A stretch of DNA of 64,000 bases from Pseudomonadota bacterium. Its GTDB lineage: Bacteria > Pseudomonadota > Gammaproteobacteria > SURF-13. The translations under genes and the position numbers were made by a program. Of this stretch, positions 1-8,307 are shown one piece after another. The notes under the pieces were generated by a model. It saw nothing but the letters and a program-made list of their open reading frames with translations, ran no database searches and had not been told where the DNA came from. The first letter of the stretch is position 1. Each line of letters starts with the position of its first letter. The stretch covers positions 7,852-71,851 of the forward strand of contig JAQBXX010000002.1 in NCBI GenBank assembly GCA_027624315.1, in the 5' to 3' direction.

Positions 1-622
1 TGTTGGCCTGGCGCACGCGGCGCCACGCATCATCGGGCGCATTGCGATAAGGCGTGACATCCGTCAGTTCGGCAAAGTCCGCGTCCAGCCACGTGAGCCG
101 TCCGCGCTGTTCGAGTTCAGCGCGCTGGTCGGAATAAATTTTGCCCAGATAGCGCACGTCATCCGCTGCGTATTGTAATTGCTCCACCGAGAGTGGCCGC
201 GTTGACCAGTCGGTGCGGGTTTGCGACTTGTCGAGTTGCACCCCCAGCATGCCGTTCACCAGCGCGCTGTAACCGACCTGATCGCCATAACCCAGCAGCG
301 CCGCAGCAACTTGGGTGTCGAATACGGGGCGCGGAAGATCGCCGCGCAGATCGTAAAAAATCTCCAGATCCTGGCGCGATGAGTGCAGCACCTTGGTGAT
401 GGAGGAGTCGTAGATGACATCCAGCAACGGCGTCATATCGGTGAGCGCGAGCGGGTCGATGCACGCGATAACCTGGTCCGTGGCGATTTGCAGCAGACAC
501 AGTTGCGCGTGATAGGTCTTCTCGCGCATGAATTCGCAGTCGAGCGCAATCCATGTGATGCCGCGCAGCCGGGCGCACAGTTCTGTCAATTGCTGCGGAG
601 TATCTACATAGATGTCTTGCAT
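1..622 (-). CDS. rnd: Ribonuclease D (N-terminal ~207 aa; gene continues beyond window start)
   Basis: Reverse-strand translation from ATG at 622 gives MQDIYVDTPQQLTELCARLRGITWIALDCEFMREKTYHAQLCLLQIAT..., the DEDDy 3-5 exonuclease domain typical of RNase D. There is no stop before position 1, which is why the ORF track does not list it. Confidence 0.8.
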   Translation of the reverse strand, partial: MQDIYVDTPQQLTELCARLRGITWIALDCEFMREKTYHAQLCLLQIATDQVIACIDPLALTDMTPLLDVIYDSSITKVLHSSRQDLEIFYDLRGDLPRPVFDTQVAAALLGYGDQVGYSALVNGMLGVQLDKSQTRTDWSTRPLSVEQLQYAADDVRYLGKIYSDQRAELEQRGRLTWLDADFAELTDVTPYRNAPDDAWRRVRQAN

Positions 623-678
623 GGTGCTGGGAATCTTAGCATGTCCGGTCTGCGGAAATTTGATACGATTGAGTACAA

Positions 679-1167
679 ATGCCACTGCTCAAGATATTTA
701 TCAATCTCTGCCTGCTGCGCGCCAAGCCGCAGGATCTGCCTGTCGCGCCCGCGCTGACGGCCGCTGCGCTCGCTGCCTACATCCTCGCCGGCCTGGGCTT
801 GTCGCTGCCCGATCTCGGCTTCGGACGCGCAGCGTTGTGGGCCGTGCTCGACACACTGGTGATCGTCCTGCTCACGCACAGCGCACTGCTCTTGCGCCAC
901 TTCCCGGAGCGCCTGCAACAGACCCTGACGGCGCTGCTGGGCAGCGGCGCGCTGCTCGGCCTCGTGGCCTGGCCGATCATCGGCACCCAAAATTCGATAG
1001 TGCAGTTGGTGCTGCTGCTGGTGCTGCTGCTGTGGAATCTCGCCGTGGTCGCACACATCCTGCGCCATGCGCTGTCGATGCCACTCGGACTCGGCATCAT
1101 CGTGAGCTTCGGCTACTTCCTGGTGGAACTCACCGTGAGCATGGTGTTCGCAACGGCCGCGAGCTGA
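679..1167 (+). CDS. Hypothetical polytopic inner-membrane protein (162 aa, 4-5 TM helices)
   Basis: ATG start, strongly hydrophobic helical segments, and clean spacing between rnd and mpl. No family recognised. Confidence 0.5.
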   Translation: MPLLKIFINLCLLRAKPQDLPVAPALTAAALAAYILAGLGLSLPDLGFGRAALWAVLDTLVIVLLTHSALLLRHFPERLQQTLTALLGSGALLGLVAWPIIGTQNSIVQLVLLLVLLLWNLAVVAHILRHALSMPLGLGIIVSFGYFLVELTVSMVFATAAS

Positions 1168-1171
1168 CACC

Positions 1172-2536
1172 ATGCACATCCATATCCTCGGCATCTGCGG
1201 CACCCTCATGGGCGGGATTGCGCGCCTGGCGCGCGAGGCGGGCCATGAGGTCAGCGGCTCGGACGCCAACGTCTATCCGCCGATGAGCACGCAGCTTGCC
1301 GTGCTCGGCATAGCCGTGAAGCATGGCTACCTGCCCCAACACCTCGATCCTGCGCCCGATTGCGTCATCATCGGCAACGCGCTCTCGCGCGGCAATCCCG
1401 CCGTGGAATATGTGCTCGATCGCGGCATCGACTACATCTCCGGGCCGCAGTGGCTGGCGGAACATATCCTGCGCGGACGCTGGGTGCTCGCCGTGGCCGG
1501 CACCCACGGCAAAACGACAACGAGTTCGATGCTGGCCTGGATCCTGGAGTACGCCGGCCTGCAACCCGGCTTTCTCATCGGCGGCGTGCCGCATAACTTC
1601 GGCGATACGGCGCGCCTCGGTACCGCCCCATTCTTCGTCATCGAGGCCGACGAGTACGACAGCGCCTTTTTCGACAAGCGCTCCAAATTCGTGCATTACC
1701 GCCAGCGCACCGCCATTCTGAACAATCTTGAGTTCGATCATGCTGACATCTTCGCCGATCTTGCTGCAATTGAGCTGCAATTTCACCATTTTCTGAGAAC
1801 GGTCCCCGCCTCCGGCCTGATCGTAGCCAACGCCCGGGATGAGGCCATCGGCCGTGTATTACAGCGCGGCTGCTGGACCCCGGTGGAGACGTTCGGCGGC
1901 GACACCGGCTGGGCGGCGGGCCCGGACGAGTCGGACGGCGGCTTCGACATCTTCTGGCGCGGTGAGAGGCAGGGATGCCTGCGCTGGGAATTGCTGGGCG
2001 AGCACAACCGGCACAATGCGCTCGCCGCCATTGCCGCCGCGCGGCATGCCGGCGTCACACCCGGCGTTGCCATCGATGCGCTGGGCGCGTTTCAAGGCGT
2101 CAAGCGGCGCCTTGAAATACGCGGCACGGTGCACGGCGTGACCGTATATGATGATTTCGCCCACCATCCGACCGCCATCGCCACCACGATCGCGGGCCTG
2201 CGGCGCAGCGTCGGCAGTGCGCGCATAATTGCCGTGCTGGAGCCACGCTCCAACACCATGCGCCTGGGTGTGCACCAGCACACACTCGGCCCCTCACTTG
2301 CCGGGGCCGACAGCGTACTGCTGTACGCGCCACCCGACCTTGGCTGGAGCCTCTCCGGCGTGGCCGCTATGCTCGCGGACAAGGGATACGTGTTTGATTC
2401 CGTCGACGCCATCGTTGCCCATCTGGTGCAACAGGCACGCGCAGGCGATCACGTGCTCATCATGAGCAACGGCGGCTTCGGCGGACTGCACGAGCGGCTG
2501 CTGGAGGCCTTGCGCCAGCGCGCGCCAGTGAGCTGA
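1172..2536 (+). CDS. mpl: UDP-N-acetylmuramate:L-alanyl-gamma-D-glutamyl-meso-diaminopimelate ligase (murein peptide ligase)
   Basis: 454 aa with a Mur ligase fold: GTHGKTTTSSMLAWIL P-loop, DEYDSAFFDKRSKF, EFDHADIF. The full length matches Mpl. Confidence 0.9.
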   Translation: MHIHILGICGTLMGGIARLAREAGHEVSGSDANVYPPMSTQLAVLGIAVKHGYLPQHLDPAPDCVIIGNALSRGNPAVEYVLDRGIDYISGPQWLAEHILRGRWVLAVAGTHGKTTTSSMLAWILEYAGLQPGFLIGGVPHNFGDTARLGTAPFFVIEADEYDSAFFDKRSKFVHYRQRTAILNNLEFDHADIFADLAAIELQFHHFLRTVPASGLIVANARDEAIGRVLQRGCWTPVETFGGDTGWAAGPDESDGGFDIFWRGERQGCLRWELLGEHNRHNALAAIAAARHAGVTPGVAIDALGAFQGVKRRLEIRGTVHGVTVYDDFAHHPTAIATTIAGLRRSVGSARIIAVLEPRSNTMRLGVHQHTLGPSLAGADSVLLYAPPDLGWSLSGVAAMLADKGYVFDSVDAIVAHLVQQARAGDHVLIMSNGGFGGLHERLLEALRQRAPVS

Positions 2537-2561
2537 CAACATTTGTTAGCCAGCGCGGCCC

Positions 2562-2628
2562 CAAATCCCCCGGCCTGCGGCCACCCCCTTTGCAAAGGGG
2601 GTCGAGCGCGAGCGAGGGGGGGGATTTG
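2562..2628. repeat. 67-bp MITE/REP-like palindromic element with terminal inverted repeats CAAATCCCCC...GGGGGGATTTG and a central hairpin CCCCCTTTGCAAAGGGGG
   Basis: Intergenic, just after the mpl stop. A near-identical copy sits inside hisF at 27292-27355. Confidence 0.6.
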
Positions 2629-2630
2629 CT

Positions 2631-2665
2631 TAAGGGGGTCGAGCGTTAGCGAAGGGAATTTTAAG
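2631..2665. repeat. Partial (right-half) copy of the same element (AAGGGGGTCGAGCGTTAGCGAAGGG)
   Basis: Direct repeat of the GGGGGTCGAGCG-N3-AGCGA-GGG core found at 2599-2628. Confidence 0.4.
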
Positions 2666-2672
2666 ATAGGCT

Positions 2673-4697
2673 CTAGTTACCCGGTGCAGCGCGCAGCAGG
2701 ATGACCTCGCTATTCCAGTGGTTGTAGCGCGCCTCCCGCAAGCCCATGCGCTGCACGCGCTTCCACTCCAGCCCGTCCAGCGTGCGCTCAAATTCCGCCA
2801 GCGGTTGACTGAACACCGCCTCGCTGCGCGCCACGGTAAACAAGGGAATCTTTTTGCTGACGTGATGGCGTGTCACGTTGCCTACCCACAGCGGCGTGTT
2901 GCCGTCCGCCGCGCGCACATCCGCCGCCCATAGACGCAGCACCAGTTGCCGCTCCTGCCCCGGCAGCGCGCGCACCATGAGCAGTAACTCATGCCGCCCG
3001 TCATGCACCTGCGGCAGCACCGGCAGTTCCGCAAGTGTGGGGCCGGGCGTGAGCCAGACGAGCATCGTCTTCAATCCAGGCTCGACCGGCTCGTGCCAGC
3101 CGCGTGCCGCGAGGGTGCGGCGCAACTCGCCGATACTACCCAGCCATTGCAGCGTGAGCGGCTGACTCGGCTCGCCCTGCAAATCCTTGCGATAGGCGGG
3201 CAGGTCTTGCCACGCGCCATTCCACCACGCCTCCGCATCCACAGTGCGCACGCTGTGGCGCACGGCGTACTGCTCCACGTCGCGCGCATGATGCATGCTG
3301 ATATGCACTGCACCCGCGAGCAGCAGCACAAGCGCGCTGGTCGCGCCCAGGATAGCGAACGGCACCGGTGGCGCCAGGTGACGCCGGTAACTCACGCCCA
3401 GTAGCGCCGCCCACAGCAGCCCACCCAACAGTCCGGCCAAAACCTCGGACAATCCGTGCACGCCCAGATAGAGACGCGCCACCGCCACACCCACGATCAG
3501 CATGCTCGCGCCGACATAAGGCAGCCAGCGCCGCGGGGCGGGCAACTCGCGCGCCAGCAGCACCGCGAGAAAGCCGTACACCAGCATGCTCATCGCCGCA
3601 TGGGAAAATATCTGAAGCTGGCCCGGCAACGTATACAGCGGGCGCGGCAGGTGCAGCACGAGCTGCATGCCGACGACGAACAGCAGACCAAAGCCGACCG
3701 CCGCAATCCAGTGCGCTGCCGCGTGCCGGTGCTGTAACAGCGCGAGCGCGAGCGTAACGGCGAGCATGAGCGGCACGATCACCTGGGCGTCACCCCACTG
3801 GCCGAGCAGCACCATGAACTGATCCGCCCACGGCGTGCGCAACCCTTGCAGGATATAGAACACGGCATTGTCGAGCCGCGCGAGGGGCGCGGTGTTCAGC
3901 GCTTCCAGCCACCCCAGCAGGCCCAAGCCCAGGACAAGCAACAGCAGCGCCCAGATGGCCATGCCGCGCAACTCCGGCTGTTTGGGATCCACCAGCACGG
4001 CGGTAATCACACCCAGCATCGGGTGCTTCCGGCTCCAGCCCAGCAACCGTCCGGCTAATGTTTCAGCACGCGGTTGCAGCAGCTTCACAATATGCAGCAC
4101 CGCCCACACCGTAATCCACAGGATCACCAGCAGCAGCACCACGATCACCGCGAGGCGTGAAGCGACGGCGGAGGCGAGACCAAGCGAAGCGCCGAACACC
4201 ACGCCGGGCAAAATATAGGCGGGCGCCCAGCCCAGCGCGGAAAGCACGTTCACCACCATGAAGCGGCGCGGCGGCATGTTCAACATGCCCGCCACCACCG
4301 GAATCACGGGGCGCACCGGGCCGATGAAGCGCCCGAGCAGCACGCTCTTGCCACCGTGACGGTGAAAAAATTCCTCACCACGCCGCAGCAACTCCGGGTG
4401 CCGGTTAAACGGCCACCACTGACGCAAGCGGTCGTGGTAGTGATAACCCAGCCAGTAGCTCATACTATCGCCCATCACCGCGCCCGCAGCGGCGAGCGCA
4501 AGGGTGGGCCACAACTCCATCGCACCCGCCGCCACCAGTGCACCCACACCGAACATCACCACGGTGCCGGGGATCAACAACCCGACGACGGCCAGCGATT
4601 CCGCGAGCGACACCAGAAATACGGCGGTACCGGCCCAGTAAGGATGCTGACCTATCCAGACCAGCAACGACTCCAGCAGTGAGTGCAGAAAATCCAT
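2673..4697 (-). CDS. Fused DedA/VTT-domain membrane protein plus PAP2 phosphatase, with an extra C-terminal ~200-aa periplasmic domain
   Basis: The N-terminus (FLVSLAESLAVVGLLIPGTVVMFGVG) is DedA-like. The centre carries the PAP2 motif ARLYLGVHGLSEV. 674 aa with many TM segments. Confidence 0.75.
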   Translation of the reverse strand: MDFLHSLLESLLVWIGQHPYWAGTAVFLVSLAESLAVVGLLIPGTVVMFGVGALVAAGAMELWPTLALAAAGAVMGDSMSYWLGYHYHDRLRQWWPFNRHPELLRRGEEFFHRHGGKSVLLGRFIGPVRPVIPVVAGMLNMPPRRFMVVNVLSALGWAPAYILPGVVFGASLGLASAVASRLAVIVVLLLVILWITVWAVLHIVKLLQPRAETLAGRLLGWSRKHPMLGVITAVLVDPKQPELRGMAIWALLLLVLGLGLLGWLEALNTAPLARLDNAVFYILQGLRTPWADQFMVLLGQWGDAQVIVPLMLAVTLALALLQHRHAAAHWIAAVGFGLLFVVGMQLVLHLPRPLYTLPGQLQIFSHAAMSMLVYGFLAVLLARELPAPRRWLPYVGASMLIVGVAVARLYLGVHGLSEVLAGLLGGLLWAALLGVSYRRHLAPPVPFAILGATSALVLLLAGAVHISMHHARDVEQYAVRHSVRTVDAEAWWNGAWQDLPAYRKDLQGEPSQPLTLQWLGSIGELRRTLAARGWHEPVEPGLKTMLVWLTPGPTLAELPVLPQVHDGRHELLLMVRALPGQERQLVLRLWAADVRAADGNTPLWVGNVTRHHVSKKIPLFTVARSEAVFSQPLAEFERTLDGLEWKRVQRMGLREARYNHWNSEVILLRAAPGN

Positions 4698-4886
4698 CAG
4701 TCCTTCTCAGTGTGCGCGCGCATTGCGCCGCACAAATATCAGTGTTGTTGTAATCAAGGCCATCAAGCACGCGGAAACAGTAAACGCATAGCCGATGCCG
4801 AACATCTCCCCCACCACGCCGAAAAAGAAGAGTCTCCCAGAAAATCCGGGCCGGATATTTACCTTGATATCTTTTCTCTTGTCGCT

Positions 4887-5795
4887 TTACTCTTTTCTCT
4901 GCCTTTTTGCGCGCGGATGCGCCGCGTCGTACACCTTGGCGAGGTGCTGGAAGTCGAGGTGCGTATAAATCTGCGTGGTCGAGATGTTGGCGTGACCGAG
5001 CAGCTCCTGCACCGCGCGCAGATCGCCGCTCGACTCCAGCAGGTGGCTCGCGAACGAGTGGCGCAGCATATGAGGACTCACCGCGCCGCCGACACCCTGC
5101 ATCTGCGACCAGGCGCGTAACCGCAATTGCACCGCACGCGGCGTGAGCCTGCCCCCGCGATGGCCTACAAACAGTGCACGCTCGTCGGGCCTCGCACACA
5201 ACACGCGCTGCTTCAGCCATTCGCGCAGCGCCGTGCGCGCATAGCGCCCGACCGGCACCACGCGCGTCTTGTTGCCCTTGCCGGTAACGCGCACGGTGGC
5301 GTCGTTGAGATCGACGTCGCCGAGATTCAGGCTGATGAGCTCCGCGAGACGCAGGCCGGAGGAGTACATCAGCTCCATGATGGCGCGGTCACGGCTGGCC
5401 AGCGTACCCTGCGCCTCCACCGCGAGCAGACGACTCATTTGATCGACATCCAGCGTGCGCGGCAACAGGCGCGGCGACTTGGGCACGCTGATGCCGAGCG
5501 CGGGGTTGTGCGTCACCCTGTTTTCGCGCAGCAGATAATTAAAGAGCGCGCGCACGGCCGACAACTCGCGCCGGATGCTGCGCCCACCCAAGCCCGTGCG
5601 GTGACGCGCAGAGACGAAGTTGCGCAAGACCTCGGCGTCGATCTCTGCCCACGCGTCGATACCGCGCTCACGGCAAAACCCTATCAGGCAAGCGAGATCG
5701 CGCCGGTAGGCCTTGAGCGTAAGCGGCGACAGGCTGCGTTCGGCGCCGAGGTGCACAAAAAACCGCTCCAACCACTGGCACTGGTCTTCATGCAT
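4887..5795 (-). CDS. xerC: Tyrosine recombinase XerC (chromosome dimer resolution)
   Basis: 302 aa with the catalytic R...HxxR...Y motifs (PHMLRHSFASHLLESSGDLRAVQELLGHANISTTQIYTHL). It sits in the conserved dapF-yigA-xerC context. Confidence 0.9.
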   Translation of the reverse strand: MHEDQCQWLERFFVHLGAERSLSPLTLKAYRRDLACLIGFCRERGIDAWAEIDAEVLRNFVSARHRTGLGGRSIRRELSAVRALFNYLLRENRVTHNPALGISVPKSPRLLPRTLDVDQMSRLLAVEAQGTLASRDRAIMELMYSSGLRLAELISLNLGDVDLNDATVRVTGKGNKTRVVPVGRYARTALREWLKQRVLCARPDERALFVGHRGGRLTPRAVQLRLRAWSQMQGVGGAVSPHMLRHSFASHLLESSGDLRAVQELLGHANISTTQIYTHLDFQHLAKVYDAAHPRAKRQRKE

Positions 5796-5813
5796 AGCAG
5801 AATGACGAATTGC

Positions 5814-6533
5814 TCAAGATGCAAGATGGGGCTTCAGCGCTTGGGCGACGATCATGCCCAGATGCGAGAGAAACATCGTGCCCATGGCGGGATGGAAGCG
5901 CTCGGCCTCGAAGCTGCCGACACCCAGCAGGCCGAGACAGGGCTGCGCCTCACCCTGCGAGAGCGGAATCACCGCCAGCGAAGCCACCTCACTTGCCTTG
6001 TCCGCAAACAGCGCCTGCAACTGTGCGGGCCGCAATCGCCCGCACATCGGCTTGCCTGCCTCGATCACGCTCTTGAAGGCAGCGAGATTTTCCGCACCGG
6101 GCGCGGCCACCTGAAACTCCACGCCGTGATCGGTTTCAGGCAACGGCCCGGCGAGCGGCGCAAACAGGCACAGTCCCACCGCATCGGCATCAAAGTCACT
6201 GCTCAGACTGTCCTGCAGGGTTTGCAGAATGCCGTTGATGTCCTTCGCCTCCATCAGGCCGAGGGTGAGACGCCGCACGCGATCATTCAGCCGGTCGTTA
6301 TCGCGCGCGATCTGCACCAGGTCCATAAGCTCACGCCGCAACTGGCAGTTCTGATCGCGCAACACAGACACCTGGCGCTCAATCAGCGACACCGCCTCGC
6401 CGCTCGCGTGCGGCACCGTGAGTTCCGCGAGCAGCGGGGCATGGCTCACAAAGAAATCGGGATGCGCGCGCAAATATTCGATCACCCGCTTTTCCAGCCC
6501 CGGTTCGTCCGTCATTTCCTGCGGTGTGTTCAT
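5814..6533 (-). CDS. yigA: DUF484 family protein (YigA-like)
   Basis: 239 aa lying between dapF and xerC, as in the E. coli dapF-yigA-xerC operon. It overlaps the dapF stop by 4 bp. Confidence 0.75.
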   Translation of the reverse strand: MNTPQEMTDEPGLEKRVIEYLRAHPDFFVSHAPLLAELTVPHASGEAVSLIERQVSVLRDQNCQLRRELMDLVQIARDNDRLNDRVRRLTLGLMEAKDINGILQTLQDSLSSDFDADAVGLCLFAPLAGPLPETDHGVEFQVAAPGAENLAAFKSVIEAGKPMCGRLRPAQLQALFADKASEVASLAVIPLSQGEAQPCLGLLGVGSFEAERFHPAMGTMFLSHLGMIVAQALKPHLAS

Positions 6534-7360
6534 AGTTTCAATTGTCCCTCGAATACGCGCGTAGCGGGGCCAGTCATCCTGACCTCCGTACCGTTCCCGC
6601 GCCAGTTTATCAGGAGCCGCCCTCCCGGCAACTCCACGTCTACTTTATCATCCAGTAGTCCCTGCCGGTGACCGACCACCACAGCGGCGCATGCCCCGCT
6701 GCCACAGGCGAGCGTCTCGCCCACGCCGCGCTCGAACACGCGCAGGCGGATGTGCGCGCGGTCGACGATCTGCATAAACCCGGCGTTGACGCGGTTCGGA
6801 AAACGCTCGTGCGCCTCGATCTTCGGCCCCAGTGTCGCCACCGGCGCGCGCGCCACGTCGTCTACGCGCAGCACGGCATGCGGGTTGCCCATCGACACCA
6901 CGCCGAGTTCGATCTGTTGTCCATCGACCAGCAACGGATAACTCAGCGACTCGTGTTCGGCGATGAACGGCACCTCGTCCGGCCGCGTGCGCGGCACACC
7001 CATGTCCACCGTCACCTGACCGTCGGGTTCCATGCGTGGACGGATAATACCGCAGCGCGTTTCCACCACCAACTCATTCTTGTCTGTGAGGCCCGCGTCG
7101 CGCACAAAGCGCATGAAGCAGCGCGCGCCGTTGCCGCACTGCTCCACCTCGCCGCCGTCGGCGTTGTAGATGCGATAGGAAAAATCCACGCCCGGACTGC
7201 GCGTACGCTCGACCAGCAAAAGCTGGTCACAGCCCACGCCAAAATGGCGGTCGGCGATAAAACGCACCTGTTCGGAAGTTAATGCGACGGATTGGGAGAT
7301 AGCATCGATCACGACAAAATCATTGCCGAGGCCGTGCATCTTGGTGAACTTGAGCAACAT
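6530..7360 (-). CDS. dapF: Diaminopimelate epimerase
   Basis: N-terminus [20 protein letters not shown] plus the catalytic Cys motifs GNGARC and ACGSGACA. 276 aa. Confidence 0.9.
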   Translation of the reverse strand: MLLKFTKMHGLGNDFVVIDAISQSVALTSEQVRFIADRHFGVGCDQLLLVERTRSPGVDFSYRIYNADGGEVEQCGNGARCFMRFVRDAGLTDKNELVVETRCGIIRPRMEPDGQVTVDMGVPRTRPDEVPFIAEHESLSYPLLVDGQQIELGVVSMGNPHAVLRVDDVARAPVATLGPKIEAHERFPNRVNAGFMQIVDRAHIRLRVFERGVGETLACGSGACAAVVVGHRQGLLDDKVDVELPGGRLLINWRGNGTEVRMTGPATRVFEGQLKL

Positions 7361-7511
7361 GACAACGCTAGGTTACAGGCAGACACCGGCTTTGCAAAGC
7401 CCCGCTCCGCCTCCGGCATGGGTAAAGCAGATATCGTAGGGTGGGTTAGGCGCAAGCCGTAACCCACCGAATGAAGATTGCGTGAATATCAATGCACGCC
7501 TGAGCAAGCGG

Positions 7512-7709
7512 TCAGGCCGCAATTTGCTCAAAAGAGAAGTGGGGAATATCCGCGCGCTTCTGGGCATGCTCTATTGTGATCGCGCAAATATTGCCGCTGC
7601 TATCGATGTCGAGCAGGGTGTTTTCATCGAGGTCTTTGGTTTCGACAACTTCAGCAGATCGAAACTCAATATGCAAGGTGTCCGTATCCTGGAAATATTT
7701 AATCTTCAT
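7512..7709 (-). CDS. DUF2283 family small protein (65 aa)
   Basis: MKIKYFQDTDTLHIEF... matches the characteristic DUF2283 N-terminus. The local GC is lower than the surroundings. Confidence 0.6.
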   Translation of the reverse strand: MKIKYFQDTDTLHIEFRSAEVVETKDLDENTLLDIDSSGNICAITIEHAQKRADIPHFSFEQIAA

Positions 7710-7821
7710 GGCGTAAAGCTCCGGTCAAAAAATGCGTTATGGGCTGCTTGACCATAATTATCAGTGTACCAAAGCCTGCTTAACCGTCAACCAATAACGC
7801 AACCCTGCGCTCACGCTCAAA

Positions 7822-8289
7822 CTAAGCAGGTTTCTTGCTTCCTCGCAATGTCGCCATCAACAATATCGCCACGCCGACGGTGATGGCGGAATCCGCGATA
7901 TTAAACGCCGGCCAGTGCCATTGCTGATAATAGACATCGAGAAAATCAACGACGTAGCCGAGGCGCATGCGGTCGATCACGTTGCCCAGCGCGCCGCCGA
8001 GTATCAGCGACAAGGCCGCCGCTTGCCATTTTTCTTCTGCTGGCAACCGTCGTAGCCATGCGATGATGACGACGCTCACGAACAGCGCGATGCCGGTGAA
8101 GAACCAGCGCTGCCAGCCGCCGGCGTCGGCCAGAAAACTGAACGCCGCACCGGGGTTGTGCAGCAGTGTGAAGCTGAAAAACGGAAGCACGGCCACCGAC
8201 TCGTACAGTTGCAGCCAATGGCTGGCGAGATATTTGCTCGACTGGTCGAGAACAACCACCAGCGCGGAGAGCCATAGCCATTTAAGCAT
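7822..8289 (-). CDS. lspA: Lipoprotein signal peptidase (signal peptidase II)
   Basis: 155 aa with 4 TM segments and the conserved NxGAAFSF and FNIADSAI motifs. It lies directly downstream of ileS, as in ribF-ileS-lspA. Confidence 0.9.
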   Translation of the reverse strand: MLKWLWLSALVVVLDQSSKYLASHWLQLYESVAVLPFFSFTLLHNPGAAFSFLADAGGWQRWFFTGIALFVSVVIIAWLRRLPAEEKWQAAALSLILGGALGNVIDRMRLGYVVDFLDVYYQQWHWPAFNIADSAITVGVAILLMATLRGSKKPA

Positions 8290-8307
8290 TAGAGACCTCT
8301 GAAAAAA

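Noticed and set aside
4683-4886. Possible gene in the 190-bp gap between the DedA-PAP2 gene and xerC (where E. coli has yigB)
   Set aside because: No ORF with an RBS fits. The region holds a REP-C-like CTCTTTTCTCTGCC repeat and overlapping spurious frames only.
5127-6671. 514-aa ORF on the + strand
   Set aside because: It is antisense to xerC, yigA and dapF and crosses two gene boundaries. The translation is R/A/H-rich with no motifs.
7373-7567. 64-aa minus-strand ORF overlapping the 3-prime end of the DUF2283 gene
   Set aside because: It overlaps a better-supported gene and a hairpin, and the sequence is not protein-like.
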